From a virus (taxonomy: Duplodnaviria; Heunggongvirae; Uroviricota; Caudoviricetes), in the IMG/VR virus record IMGVR_UViG_3300032335_000499: a stretch of DNA of 64,000 nt; one strand, written 5' to 3'. The notes under the pieces are model-generated. The model searched no databases. It was not told the DNA's origin and worked only from the letters and a program-made list of their open reading frames with translations. Shown here one piece after another: positions 26,057 through 36,100 of the stretch. Numbering within the stretch: the first letter of the stretch is position 1; every line of letters begins with the position of its first letter. Position numbers and translations under genes: made by a program.

Positions 26057-27069
26057 AAGTTACGGTAAATCTCTAACAACATTTTGTTATCATAGAAATC
26101 ACTTTCAATTGAAGTGATTTGGTCGATGACGATTTGGTCAACACTTTCAAACTTTAGTTCGCCAGGAGCCATATCTTGGCCGACCCCTTCAAGCTTCATT
26201 GGAATAAGTGTCATTTCTCTTAGCTCATGTTTTGGTATCATAGTCTCACGAATGAAGTTAGCTTCTTCATACGAAATATCAATATCAAGATGCACTCTAA
26301 CATATGTCTTAGGAAGTAGCAAGCCCTCTGGGTTATCAAGTATATCACTGAGCTTGTAAACTCTGAATTTGGGCTGATTAGGCCAAGCATGAAACTCTGG
26401 CTCCTGATCCCATTCGAGAATCATCATACCACGAGCGTCATCACCTGCATCTGCGTAGTTGTGCGGGAAAGCATTACCGATGTACCAGATGTTGCCTCTA
26501 GCTTGTCTCTTGTGGAAGTGACCGCTGAATACCTTTTCGAATCCAGTAACGTCATTGTCGTTGAGTTCGCCGTGATCGGGCATCTGAACCATTGCATTCA
26601 TGTAGAAGTTGGGAAGTTCAAGGTGAGCAAACAAATACTTACCCTTCATCTTCGCCAACTTCTTGTAGTCATCGCCGACAAGCCATGGTGCAATGACTAC
26701 ATTTCCTTCGTTAAACCAATCGTTAACGATTACCACATTAGGTAAATGATTAGCCCACTCAACACTGTGAACATCACGCCGGTCACGATAATAAAGATCG
26801 TGATTCCCGGGGATGAAGTACACCTTTTCAAAGGCATTGTTCATCTTTTCTAAAGCACGTAAGCCGTACTGTAGTGTGTGAATGTTAATACTTGCTCTAT
26901 GGTGATTCCAATCACCTAAGAACAAACAAGTTTCACAGCCTTCTTCTTTTGCCTTTAAGATAAACCAATCGACAAAATCCAAACAGTCTTGATTGTGTTG
27001 CAAGCTGTTTGACTTTAAGCCAAAGTGAATATCGGTGAAGACGGCAGCCTTCTTGAATAGATTGTTCAT
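26053..27069 (-). CDS. gp47: Recombination nuclease subunit, gp47/SbcD/Mre11-like
   Basis: DIHFG, LGD, GNHD, SGHFH metallophosphoesterase motifs. Confidence 0.95.
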   Translation of the reverse strand: MNNLFKKAAVFTDIHFGLKSNSLQHNQDCLDFVDWFILKAKEEGCETCLFLGDWNHHRASINIHTLQYGLRALEKMNNAFEKVYFIPGNHDLYYRDRRDVHSVEWANHLPNVVIVNDWFNEGNVVIAPWLVGDDYKKLAKMKGKYLFAHLELPNFYMNAMVQMPDHGELNDNDVTGFEKVFSGHFHKRQARGNIWYIGNAFPHNYADAGDDARGMMILEWDQEPEFHAWPNQPKFRVYKLSDILDNPEGLLLPKTYVRVHLDIDISYEEANFIRETMIPKHELREMTLIPMKLEGVGQDMAPGELKFESVDQIVIDQITSIESDFYDNKMLLEIYRNL

Positions 27070-27075
27070 TGTATC

Positions 27076-27104
27076 AATATAGCGCCTTTGTTAAAGAAAA
27101 GCAA
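27076..27104 (-). promoter_or_regulatory. Sigma70-like promoter TTGCTT-17-TATATT for gp47
   Basis: -10 ends 6 nt before the ATG; no RBS, so probably leaderless. Confidence 0.6.
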
Positions 27105-27118
27105 CGAAACTGGTTACC

Positions 27119-28024
27119 TTATTGCTTAAGCCCTTGACCTATCGGTTTGCCGCTCATTTGGCGACTAAAGCTTGGGTTTAGACCATTCATTTCTAAGATA
27201 TCGTCGCGGATGTTTTGATTGCGCTTCTCAGTATTCAATACACGGCAGAAGCTATTAGTGATAGCAGCGGTGTAGTAAGCGAATGGGTTAGCACTTTTTG
27301 CTTCGTTGAATCTTAGCCCTACATAAGTTAGCTGTAAGATTGCGCTAGCCTTCATTTCATCGTTGTAGGTATATCCGCGCCAGTTAAACTTCATTGCATA
27401 TTTCTCGCAGAGCATCATATACATACGTGCTAACTTGTTAGTGAGATTGCCATGATCTTTATTGAAGAATCCATTTTCCATACCGCCTTCCCAATGACTT
27501 TTACCAACACAAACCCAAGACCCGGTGTCATCAAGCTTGTAGTGTTGGAATGGTGGAAAGTTTACTTTGACATGAACCATGTCCTCAACTTCTGCTTTAA
27601 GAGCCTTGTCTTCTAAATCTGAAAAGTCATCATTATCATCATCGATGAATACGAAGATATCCTTAGCAGTCTTCTTCTTTACTGTTTTTCTAGGTTGCTT
27701 CTGTGCTACCGGAATGTGATCCCAAGTCATGACTCTGAAAATTAAATCGGTAGTCGCTATAGTCTTTGGGTCAATCTTTTCCCCAGCCTCTACTGACAAT
27801 CTTGCGGCTCTAACTTCTTTAGCAGCTTTGATTTGAGCTGGCTTACCGGCGTATGTTAATGAAGTGATGATATCACTATCTGGCTTATCAATAATCAAGT
27901 CATATCGATGATACTCTGGATCTACGAAAGAGCAATATGAATTTTTACTTGTGTGAATTTCTTTTAGAATGTCTTTGTTGTTTAGATAATTTATCTTTTT
28001 TGGCTTTTTTACTGCAGGTAACAT
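27119..28024 (-). CDS. gp55: Late-transcription sigma factor, gp55-like
   Basis: NYLNNKD, NWRGYTYNDEM, FNEAKSANPFAYYT...NSF.R.LN.EK motifs; matching TAAATA promoters across the window. Confidence 0.9.
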   Translation of the reverse strand: MLPAVKKPKKINYLNNKDILKEIHTSKNSYCSFVDPEYHRYDLIIDKPDSDIITSLTYAGKPAQIKAAKEVRAARLSVEAGEKIDPKTIATTDLIFRVMTWDHIPVAQKQPRKTVKKKTAKDIFVFIDDDNDDFSDLEDKALKAEVEDMVHVKVNFPPFQHYKLDDTGSWVCVGKSHWEGGMENGFFNKDHGNLTNKLARMYMMLCEKYAMKFNWRGYTYNDEMKASAILQLTYVGLRFNEAKSANPFAYYTAAITNSFCRVLNTEKRNQNIRDDILEMNGLNPSFSRQMSGKPIGQGLKQ

Positions 28025-28052
28025 TAATATGAATTCCCTATTCTTAGATTAC

Positions 28053-28082
28053 ATTATACTCATACCGTTGCAAAAATGCAAC
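28053..28082 (-). promoter_or_regulatory. Sigma70-like promoter TTGCAT-17-TATAAT for gp55
   Basis: -35 at 28081-28076, -10 at 28058-28053; palindrome GTTGCA-N4-TGCAAC overlaps the -35. Confidence 0.7.
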
Positions 28083-28114
28083 AGTTTAGGGTAAATTTAG
28101 CGGTTTTTTGCTGC

Positions 28115-28122
28115 GATAAATA
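28115..28122 (+). promoter_or_regulatory. Late promoter GATAAATA for baseplate operon
   Basis: Box 33 nt upstream of ATG 28156, which has an AAGGA RBS. Confidence 0.7.
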
Positions 28123-28155
28123 CTATTGAGTAAGTCTATTTATCAAGGAAAAAGC

Positions 28156-29664
28156 ATGTCAGCAGAATCGGTACAAGCATATGTTAACTGGATTAAGCAG
28201 TCAGACGGCATCAACTCGCAAGCCGCTAGACAGCTAAACTCCATTACCGCGCAACTTAATGCGTTAAATCCCGGTAATCCGAATTCAACTGCACAACTAT
28301 CAGCGTTGCAAAAGCAAGCACAGGCAATTGTTAATTCCAGAGACAGTCAAATAGCAGCGTTAGGACGTCCACCCAACCCTATTAATTTTACTGAGAAAGA
28401 GCTGGCACAGGTAGGAGCGCTTGTAGGTCTAAATGCTGGTAATGGATTGATTGATTATCGAGACGCTTTAGACTCATTGCAATCAGCAGGCGCCGCCGCA
28501 CAAAAAAATATAGGAACTACTCAATCAGCCGGTACTTCTAGAGGTCAAACTGCGCCGGTTACCACTGGCGATGGTACATCAAAACCTGTTACGAATGTAG
28601 CAGCTTCGGCTAACACTACTACTAAAACATCAGTAACCAATACATCTAATACAACTGGTACAACTACTACTTCTATACTTAAAACTAAGCCAGACCCTAT
28701 TGCTATTACTGCTGATGTAGATCCAATCTCCGGTCGTGCCGAACCTATCGCAGTTACAAACGGCGATCCTTCACTGACTGTTACTGAGGAGCCATCAATA
28801 ACCGACACCTTAGCAGTACCAGCTTCTCCGCCGCCTGATTTCTCATCAGTTGAAGCACCGACTATTGAAGCACAAGGTGAAGCAACTGCACAAGACCAAG
28901 CGAACTTTGCTGCTAAAGAAGACTGGAGAGTTCGCCTATCATTGGCACCCGATAGCGAATACTTGTACAACGCAAAACCAGACCCTGGTATATTGAAACC
29001 ACTCTTAGAAACAGATGGGGTAATTTTCCCATATACACCTTCTATTTCTGTAAACTACGCAGCTAACTATGAGCAGACTAACATAGTTCATAGTAACTAT
29101 AAGATATTCCAATATTCCGGAAGTGGAGTAGACGCAGTTTCGCTCTCTTGTAATTTTACTGCACAGGACACTTACGAGGCTAACTATCTATTGGCAGTAA
29201 TTCACTTCTTCCGTTCCATGACTAAGATGTTCTACGGGCAAGATTCTAATCCTAAAAATGGTACTCCTCCTCCCCTATGCTACATGTTTGGTATGGGCGG
29301 TTATCAGTTTGCAGCACATCCGCTAGCGATTCAAGGATTCTCCTATACACTACCTGATGACGTAGACTATATCAAAACAACAAGTGCAAGTCCAGCTGGC
29401 ACGCCTAAACCATCAAAATATACTGCTAGCGATAATAGACTAGCAGGTTCAGGTGTGGGCAAAGGCGGAACAGGTCCTGGACCTAATTTTAGTACTAGCC
29501 CTGGAAACGATACAGTTACGTGGGTCCCTACTAGAATTCAGATGTCTATCACTTGCGTACCGATAATGAGCAGAAATTCAATATCGAATAGATTCAGCCT
29601 ACGTGATTATGCATCTGGTAAATTGCTCAATGGCACAAGAGTGCCCGGCGGAGGTATGTGGTAA
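28156..29664 (+). CDS. Baseplate/tail-tube initiator-like protein with long N-terminal extension
   Basis: C-terminal DWRVRLSL...GVIFPYTP...HSNY...IHFFRSMTKMFYG...PPP tube-like domain directly before gp53; Thr-rich linker. Confidence 0.65.
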   Translation: MSAESVQAYVNWIKQSDGINSQAARQLNSITAQLNALNPGNPNSTAQLSALQKQAQAIVNSRDSQIAALGRPPNPINFTEKELAQVGALVGLNAGNGLIDYRDALDSLQSAGAAAQKNIGTTQSAGTSRGQTAPVTTGDGTSKPVTNVAASANTTTKTSVTNTSNTTGTTTTSILKTKPDPIAITADVDPISGRAEPIAVTNGDPSLTVTEEPSITDTLAVPASPPPDFSSVEAPTIEAQGEATAQDQANFAAKEDWRVRLSLAPDSEYLYNAKPDPGILKPLLETDGVIFPYTPSISVNYAANYEQTNIVHSNYKIFQYSGSGVDAVSLSCNFTAQDTYEANYLLAVIHFFRSMTKMFYGQDSNPKNGTPPPLCYMFGMGGYQFAAHPLAIQGFSYTLPDDVDYIKTTSASPAGTPKPSKYTASDNRLAGSGVGKGGTGPGPNFSTSPGNDTVTWVPTRIQMSITCVPIMSRNSISNRFSLRDYASGKLLNGTRVPGGGMW

Positions 29665-29978
29665 TGTCAAATCAAAGCTTATACGGACCAGCTAGTCCAT
29701 ACTATAGCACTAATATAGTAGAAAATAAATTCCTAGATGTAATGATAGCTCGACCTATACCACAAAATCCTAGCGATGTATACATGGTGCTATCGGAAAC
29801 TTACCAGTACAGACCTGACCTATTAGCATTCGACTTATACAACGATGCTAGATTGTGGTGGGTATTTGCTGCACGAAATCCTAATAGATTAGGACCCGAT
29901 CCTTACTTTGACTTTAAAGCAGGTGTCGGAATTTATGTACCTACTCAAACAGCGTTGAACACCGCATTGGGGCTATAA
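29664..29978 (+). CDS. gp53: Baseplate wedge protein, gp53-like (LysM-like)
   Basis: YQYRPDLLAFDLYNDARLWWVFA motif; TAATG coupling to upstream gene. Confidence 0.8.
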   Translation: MSNQSLYGPASPYYSTNIVENKFLDVMIARPIPQNPSDVYMVLSETYQYRPDLLAFDLYNDARLWWVFAARNPNRLGPDPYFDFKAGVGIYVPTQTALNTALGL

Positions 29979-29979
29979 G

Positions 29980-32900
29980 ATGTCAATTAATAATCTTACC
30001 CTTGCGCCCAGCATAGTATTAGATACAGATGGACAAAAAATCAATGTAATAGTCGATGGCGCAAGATACACGGGATATGATCTAGCAGAAGTACAAGAAT
30101 TCATGCAGGACACCATTACTAGATACGATGGTCTCATAGCAACAGAGCGAGCCAAGAAAAAACCTAACCTTGAAGGCATCGCTACTTTAATAAAGCGGCA
30201 GGAACTTCTTAAGCAGGCAATCTCATTATTAAATCCAAACGGCCCGGCTGACCAAGCCATTAAAGCAGATAATGCAGCCGAACTAGCCGCAAGAAAGGCT
30301 AGAGAAGCGGCAGCTCCACCCCCGCCTCCTCCTCCTCCCCCTGCACCGCCCCCTGCACCGCCCCCAGCCCCATCCCCGACAGCAAATGCAGCAGTTGTAA
30401 CATCAAATGCAGCGCCAACTACTAGCACCGGTACAGCTACCAAAGCCCCTTTAACTGGCGCAGCAAGTGACGACAGTGGTGCTAAACAAGCTAACCCAGC
30501 CGGGTCAACTGGCGCGCCTCCTTCTACTCCACCAGGTAGTGCAACCGGCACTGCGGCACCCCCGGCTGGCTCAGGTTCTCAGGCTAGCGCAGACAGCACC
30601 TCACCTTCTTTACGGACAGAAGTATCAAAGACTCAACCACCGGGCAAAAGATTAAAGAACCCCTTGGGTTATTGCTCTAGTTACACGTATCAGCTAAGTC
30701 TTTACATGATTACTCCAGATGGGTATGATGCATTTATTCAATCCGGTAGAAAAACAGTCAATGCTCTTAATGTTGCGGCAGCAGGCGGCGGATATAAAAA
30801 TTCGGGCGGCGCATTTTTAGTAGCACAAAGCGGCGGCATTAACAATACACAAGAAAATCGTGCTCCGGGATTTTCATTTGACTATGCTATGGACAACCTA
30901 TCATTTAGAACATCAACTAATGGTAAAGATAACCAGAGTAACACTAACACAACTGAAATTAAATTCAACATTACTGAACCATATGGATTTTCTTTTGTTA
31001 ATAATTTAAAAAAAGCACAGGATGCACTAAAAAAATATTCCGGTGACAAGGTACTGTTGCCCGGCAATCCGTCAAAGCAATTTTTTATTTTAGGAATAAG
31101 ATTTTTCGGGTATGACGAGGTTGGAAACATAATGACGGGATCAGAGGTGTTTGACGGACAGACGCTGGATCCAACTGCTTCGGGAAGTGGTGCTCTGTTT
31201 GAACGATATTATGATATTGTTATAACCTCACTAAAGTTTAAGATTGACGGTAATGCAGTAGTGTATTCAATTGAAGCAGCATCTACCCCGCCGAAGGCGA
31301 CTATGACATCTAAACGCGGATCAGTAGACGATAAGATTGCGTTTTCGGCATCAACCGTCGGTGAAGCTTTTACTAAATTTGCAGCATCACTAAACAAACG
31401 ACAACAAGATTTAGCATCTAAGACCGATGCACCAAATTTATATAACAAATATAATATAGTATTCGTTGGCGATGCTGAAGCAGTCATAGGTAAAGCGAAA
31501 ACAGTTTCTCCTGCTGACTTAGACAAATATAAGTGGCCAGGGTCTGGGGCAAAAACAACGTCACAATCAAATGAGTTGACAGCCACTAAAAGTAATACAC
31601 CTAATAATACTGCGAGAGAAATAACAATTGATACTGGAAAAATGATACCTGCTGCTATCAATGATATCATTGCTTCTAGTCAATTTCTCGAACAAGGGTT
31701 ACAAACAGTGTATTCTACTGCATTGGAACCACCTAAAGATAAAAAATCTATGCCTCAGGTTGACCAAGGCACTAAAAAGCTTCTTAAGTGGTATAATTGT
31801 AGTTCACAAATATCTAACGCTAGATGGAATGGGGCAATCAGTGATTGGGTGTATGACATCGATTATATTATTCAGACTTATGAAACTCCAGTAATTGATA
31901 GTGCGTACAAGAACGTTACCACTGCATATTATGGACCTCATAAAAGATATGATTACTGGTATACTGGTAAAAATTCTGAAATATTATCTTACGTTCAAGA
32001 ATTAAACAACACTTACTTTACTGTTGCAATTAGTCCGCCCAATGAACAAGGGGACGTAACAGTTCTTGACAGTGCAGCTAAAGAAAATGCTGATTCCTCA
32101 ACGGCAACAACTGACAGTGGGGCTCCAGCGGTAAAGCAAGGTGGCCAACAGACACAAGGCACTACTGAAGGCAGGGTAGGTGCTGTTAGTTCTGAAACAA
32201 AGAATAGCTTCTTAACGTCACTATGGGATCCGGTTTCATATGCCGAAGCTAAGTTGACTATTTTAGGCGACCCGGATTTCATTATGTATGACTCAAGTGT
32301 GGTTGTAGCTGGGGGCAAAACACAATCAGTTAACGAATCACAAATATATAATAAATTCTACGGTTCTGATGGATACACAGTAAATCCAAATGGTGGACAG
32401 GTCTTTATCGAAATTGATTTTAAGGAAGCAGTCGATTATGGGTCTGAAGGAATCGACACCGGTTCTATAACAGGACAACCCGGAACACTTTCTATTAACG
32501 AAAGCATTTTGTTTTGGGAATATCCAGAAGATATCGCAAAATTGGTCAAGGGCGTTAGTTATATGGTTGTTGCTGTAACCAGCACATTTTCTGGCGGCTC
32601 ATTTAAACAAACAATGGAGTGTGCGATCAACACGTTTAATAAAAAGCCTAAAACTGACAGCGCCGGCGGCAGAGAACCAAACAGTAGTCAGACCGGACAA
32701 GCTGCTGGAACAAATCCTGCATCTGGTACAAATGTGGCGTCGGGATCACCAGCCGGCGGTCCTAACACAACAGTGGCCGACTCAGGTTTAAAACCGGACA
32801 GTCCTGCTAAATTACCAGTGATGACAGTTACCGATCCCGGACCACTAGTAGTTTCAGCCAACTCCGATGCATTGATAGCAGAAATACTTGCTAGTACGCC

Positions 32901-33108
32901 GTCTGGGTTAGTAGTAGATGATGACGCTAGTAGCACTGCCAGCGCCGCACCGGTAAGTAGACAAGCTGATATTAACGCTGCACAACAAAGAGAGCTAGCA
33001 CCTGCGTTTTCATTGAATAATACGCAGCTTGGTCAGCCAGGACGATTTAATTCAGGGTTTGGTCCGCCACCGTTTGACCCATTCCCAACTGATTTCCCAT
33101 TAACGTAA
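29980..33108 (+). CDS. Baseplate hub protein (gp27-like position) with poly-Pro linker
   Basis: Between gp53 and gp5; F.ITEPYG, LTILGDPDF, Y.V..V.S.F.GG.F.Q.M hub-like motifs. Confidence 0.65.
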   Translation: MSINNLTLAPSIVLDTDGQKINVIVDGARYTGYDLAEVQEFMQDTITRYDGLIATERAKKKPNLEGIATLIKRQELLKQAISLLNPNGPADQAIKADNAAELAARKAREAAAPPPPPPPPPAPPPAPPPAPSPTANAAVVTSNAAPTTSTGTATKAPLTGAASDDSGAKQANPAGSTGAPPSTPPGSATGTAAPPAGSGSQASADSTSPSLRTEVSKTQPPGKRLKNPLGYCSSYTYQLSLYMITPDGYDAFIQSGRKTVNALNVAAAGGGYKNSGGAFLVAQSGGINNTQENRAPGFSFDYAMDNLSFRTSTNGKDNQSNTNTTEIKFNITEPYGFSFVNNLKKAQDALKKYSGDKVLLPGNPSKQFFILGIRFFGYDEVGNIMTGSEVFDGQTLDPTASGSGALFERYYDIVITSLKFKIDGNAVVYSIEAASTPPKATMTSKRGSVDDKIAFSASTVGEAFTKFAASLNKRQQDLASKTDAPNLYNKYNIVFVGDAEAVIGKAKTVSPADLDKYKWPGSGAKTTSQSNELTATKSNTPNNTAREITIDTGKMIPAAINDIIASSQFLEQGLQTVYSTALEPPKDKKSMPQVDQGTKKLLKWYNCSSQISNARWNGAISDWVYDIDYIIQTYETPVIDSAYKNVTTAYYGPHKRYDYWYTGKNSEILSYVQELNNTYFTVAISPPNEQGDVTVLDSAAKENADSSTATTDSGAPAVKQGGQQTQGTTEGRVGAVSSETKNSFLTSLWDPVSYAEAKLTILGDPDFIMYDSSVVVAGGKTQSVNESQIYNKFYGSDGYTVNPNGGQVFIEIDFKEAVDYGSEGIDTGSITGQPGTLSINESILFWEYPEDIAKLVKGVSYMVVAVTSTFSGGSFKQTMECAINTFNKKPKTDSAGGREPNSSQTGQAAGTNPASGTNVASGSPAGGPNTTVADSGLKPDSPAKLPVMTVTDPGPLVVSANSDALIAEILASTPSGLVVDDDASSTASAAPVSRQADINAAQQRELAPAFSLNNTQLGQPGRFNSGFGPPPFDPFPTDFPLT

Positions 33109-33118
33109 GAGAGATAAT

Positions 33119-36100
33119 ATGCCAACTGAGGTAATTAAAACAACAGGTAGTACTAAAGAAAGTAAACCAGGCGCCAATGGCGGTAATAACAAAACTGTTC
33201 CATTAATTGGGATAGTTAAAGATAATATTGACCCTACTCGCTCTGGAAGAATCAAAGTATTACTCGCAGATAAAGGTATTCCTACAGATAGTGATAGTTC
33301 AGGAAATTGGGTGTCTGTTAGCTATCTCAGTAACTTTTTTGGTATGGTTAAACCCACAGCGGGACAAACTGGCTTAGGTGACTATGTTGCAAACCCAAGC
33401 AGTTACGGTGAATGGCATGCTCCTCCCGATATCGGTACAAAGGTAATTTGTATATTTGTCAACGGCGACCCCAACTATGGTTTCTACATTGGTTGTATTC
33501 CAGAAGCAGATGCCCTACAGATGGTGCCAGCAATTGGTTCAAGTGACAATATTGTTACTAATGCAGGTGAAGCAAATAGTTACGGCGGTGCAACTAGATT
33601 GCCTGTCACGAATATCAATACCAATGATAAAAGTGTATCGGACAGCAACAAATATCTAGACACTGCAAGACCAGTTCATAGCTACACAGCAAGTATCATG
33701 AGCCAACAAGGAATCATTCGTGACCCTATTCGCGGCCCTATTAGTTCAAGTGCAAGTCGTGAAACAGCTAGCCGAGTGGGCTGGGGTGTATCTACTCCCG
33801 GTAGACCTATCTACGAGGGCGGCTTTGATGATTCTTCTCTTGCGTCAAATTTGGAGCCTGCGGGCGGGCTTGAAACTGCAACAAGGCTAAAAGTTATTGC
33901 TCGTAGAGGCGGACACAGCTTCGTTATGGATGACGGTGACGTTATCGGGCGTGACCAGTTAATTCGTATTCGTACAGCATTAGGTCATCAAATCTTAATG
34001 AGCGATGATGGTCAAACGTTAATGATTCTTCACTCAAACGGACAATCATATATTGAGTTGGGTAAGGAGGGTACGATTGATATGTACTCTACCAACTCAG
34101 TAAACATTAGAACACAGGGAGATTTAAATCTTCACGCTGACCAAAATGTTAACATTCATGCTATGGAGAATCTAAATCTTCAGGGTAAAAACATCCAAAC
34201 TAACTCAGAAGAAGATACTAAGATTCGATCCGGTAAAGATATTCAGGCATTTTCTATTGGTAATTATTTAGGAAAAGCGGGCGGCGCCGTTGCATTTCAA
34301 GCGGGCGGCGAAGCTTCGTTAGTTGCTGGTGGTATTGCATATGTTAATGGTAGCAAAGTAAATCTTAACTCAGGTGGCCCAGGTACTAGTCCACAAGATG
34401 TTGCTGTCATTCCAATCATCGCACAGACTGATACATTGTTTGATGAAGAAAAAGGGTTCATCGCTGCACCTGCAAAACTATTAACTATTGCGACTCGTGC
34501 CCCGGCACACGCACCATGGTCAAACGCAGGTCAAGGGGTTGATGTCAAGACTACTCTTAACGCAAGTGATTCACTTCCGGCAGCACCTTCTGCGGCTGTA
34601 GAACAAACAACTACGGCAGCAGCAACTAACGCTACTCCCCCTGCTATTGCGACAGCAGCGTCAGTGCCAGCTACTACTCCATCAGTTTCGAAAGCAATGG
34701 GTCCTGGACCAACTAATGCAGCGATTGCAGGTGTTGCCACTACGGCTGCGCAAGGACCTGCTGCGGCAGCAACTACCCAAGGTGCTGCGGTTGTTTCAGC
34801 ATCCGGGGTGACTACTTCAGTAACATCTTCTTCATCAACCACTACTACCACAGCTAACGGAGTAACGACAACAACTAAAACATCGTCTTCCGAATCTGCA
34901 ACGGTAGCAGTAGGTTCATTTGCGATGACACCAAAACAGATGGAACAAGCCGGAGTACTCAAGCCCGGTGCATCTACGTTGATTAATGGTATCGCTACAC
35001 AAGCAAACGATATCATTAAGGTGACTGCAACCGGCCTAAATGCTGCTACATCTATCATTGATAAAGCATTGCCTTCAACATTGTTCACTGCTATACCGGG
35101 CGCCGAAAATCTTACATCATTCGTAAAAAATACTTCTGCACAAGCGCAAGGAATGGCGACTACAATGCAGAAAGCACAAACAGCTCTCACGAACAGCGGA
35201 GTACTGACCGGAAATGAATCTGCGGGCACAACTGCTGGTTTAGTCACAGCCGCTGCTACAGTAGGACCAAAAGAAACTATTGCTGCAATCTCTCAGGTTG
35301 CCGGAAAAGCAAGTAGCACATTGAGCAGCGTATCAGGCGCAGTCAGTGGACTAGTGGGTTCAGCCGCAGGTCAAGCATTGAATCAAGTATCAGGTGCATT
35401 GAATCAAGTGTCTGGAGCTATCAATACTGCTAACAAAATAGCTGGTGCTGTAGGCGGCGCAACAAATGCACTTAAAGCAATTGGCGCTGGAACAGCAGCA
35501 GCAGGACTCGCTGATAAGTTAGGTGGTTTGGGAGGACTCTCAAGTGCGTTGAACGCCATGAAGAATGCAGGCGGACCTGCTGGTCTAACTGGAATTCAAG
35601 ACGCAGCAAAGGGCATTGCTACTAATGCGTTCAACTCAATTAAGGATTCATTCAAGGCATTCAAGCCCGGCGTACCGCAGAATCTTACTGCGATTGCCAA
35701 AGAAGCAGCAGCCAAAGCACAGGCAGAAGCTGGTCAACTTTCACAACTTAGTGCAACATTGACTACAGCTTCTAAGGGACTTACTGAGGGGCTATCAAAC
35801 GTTGGTAAAGCGGCTGGGCAGCTAACCAATGCTATTGGCGGCGTAACCGGTGCACTTAGTGGCGCATCAGCCGCTCTGAAAAATGTCGGTGGTTCATTAA
35901 GTACTCTAGCTGATAATGCGAAAAGTATATCCAACACTGTAAACACTGCGACCGCATCTGTATCCGGTGCATTAGGCGCAGTATCGTCATTAACCGGTTC
36001 AATCAAGTCAACTACATCTTCGTTAAGTTCGATTACAAGTTCAATGCAAAATACTGTTGCTGGCGTCAGTGGAGCCGTCTCAGCAGTTAACGGTTCACTT

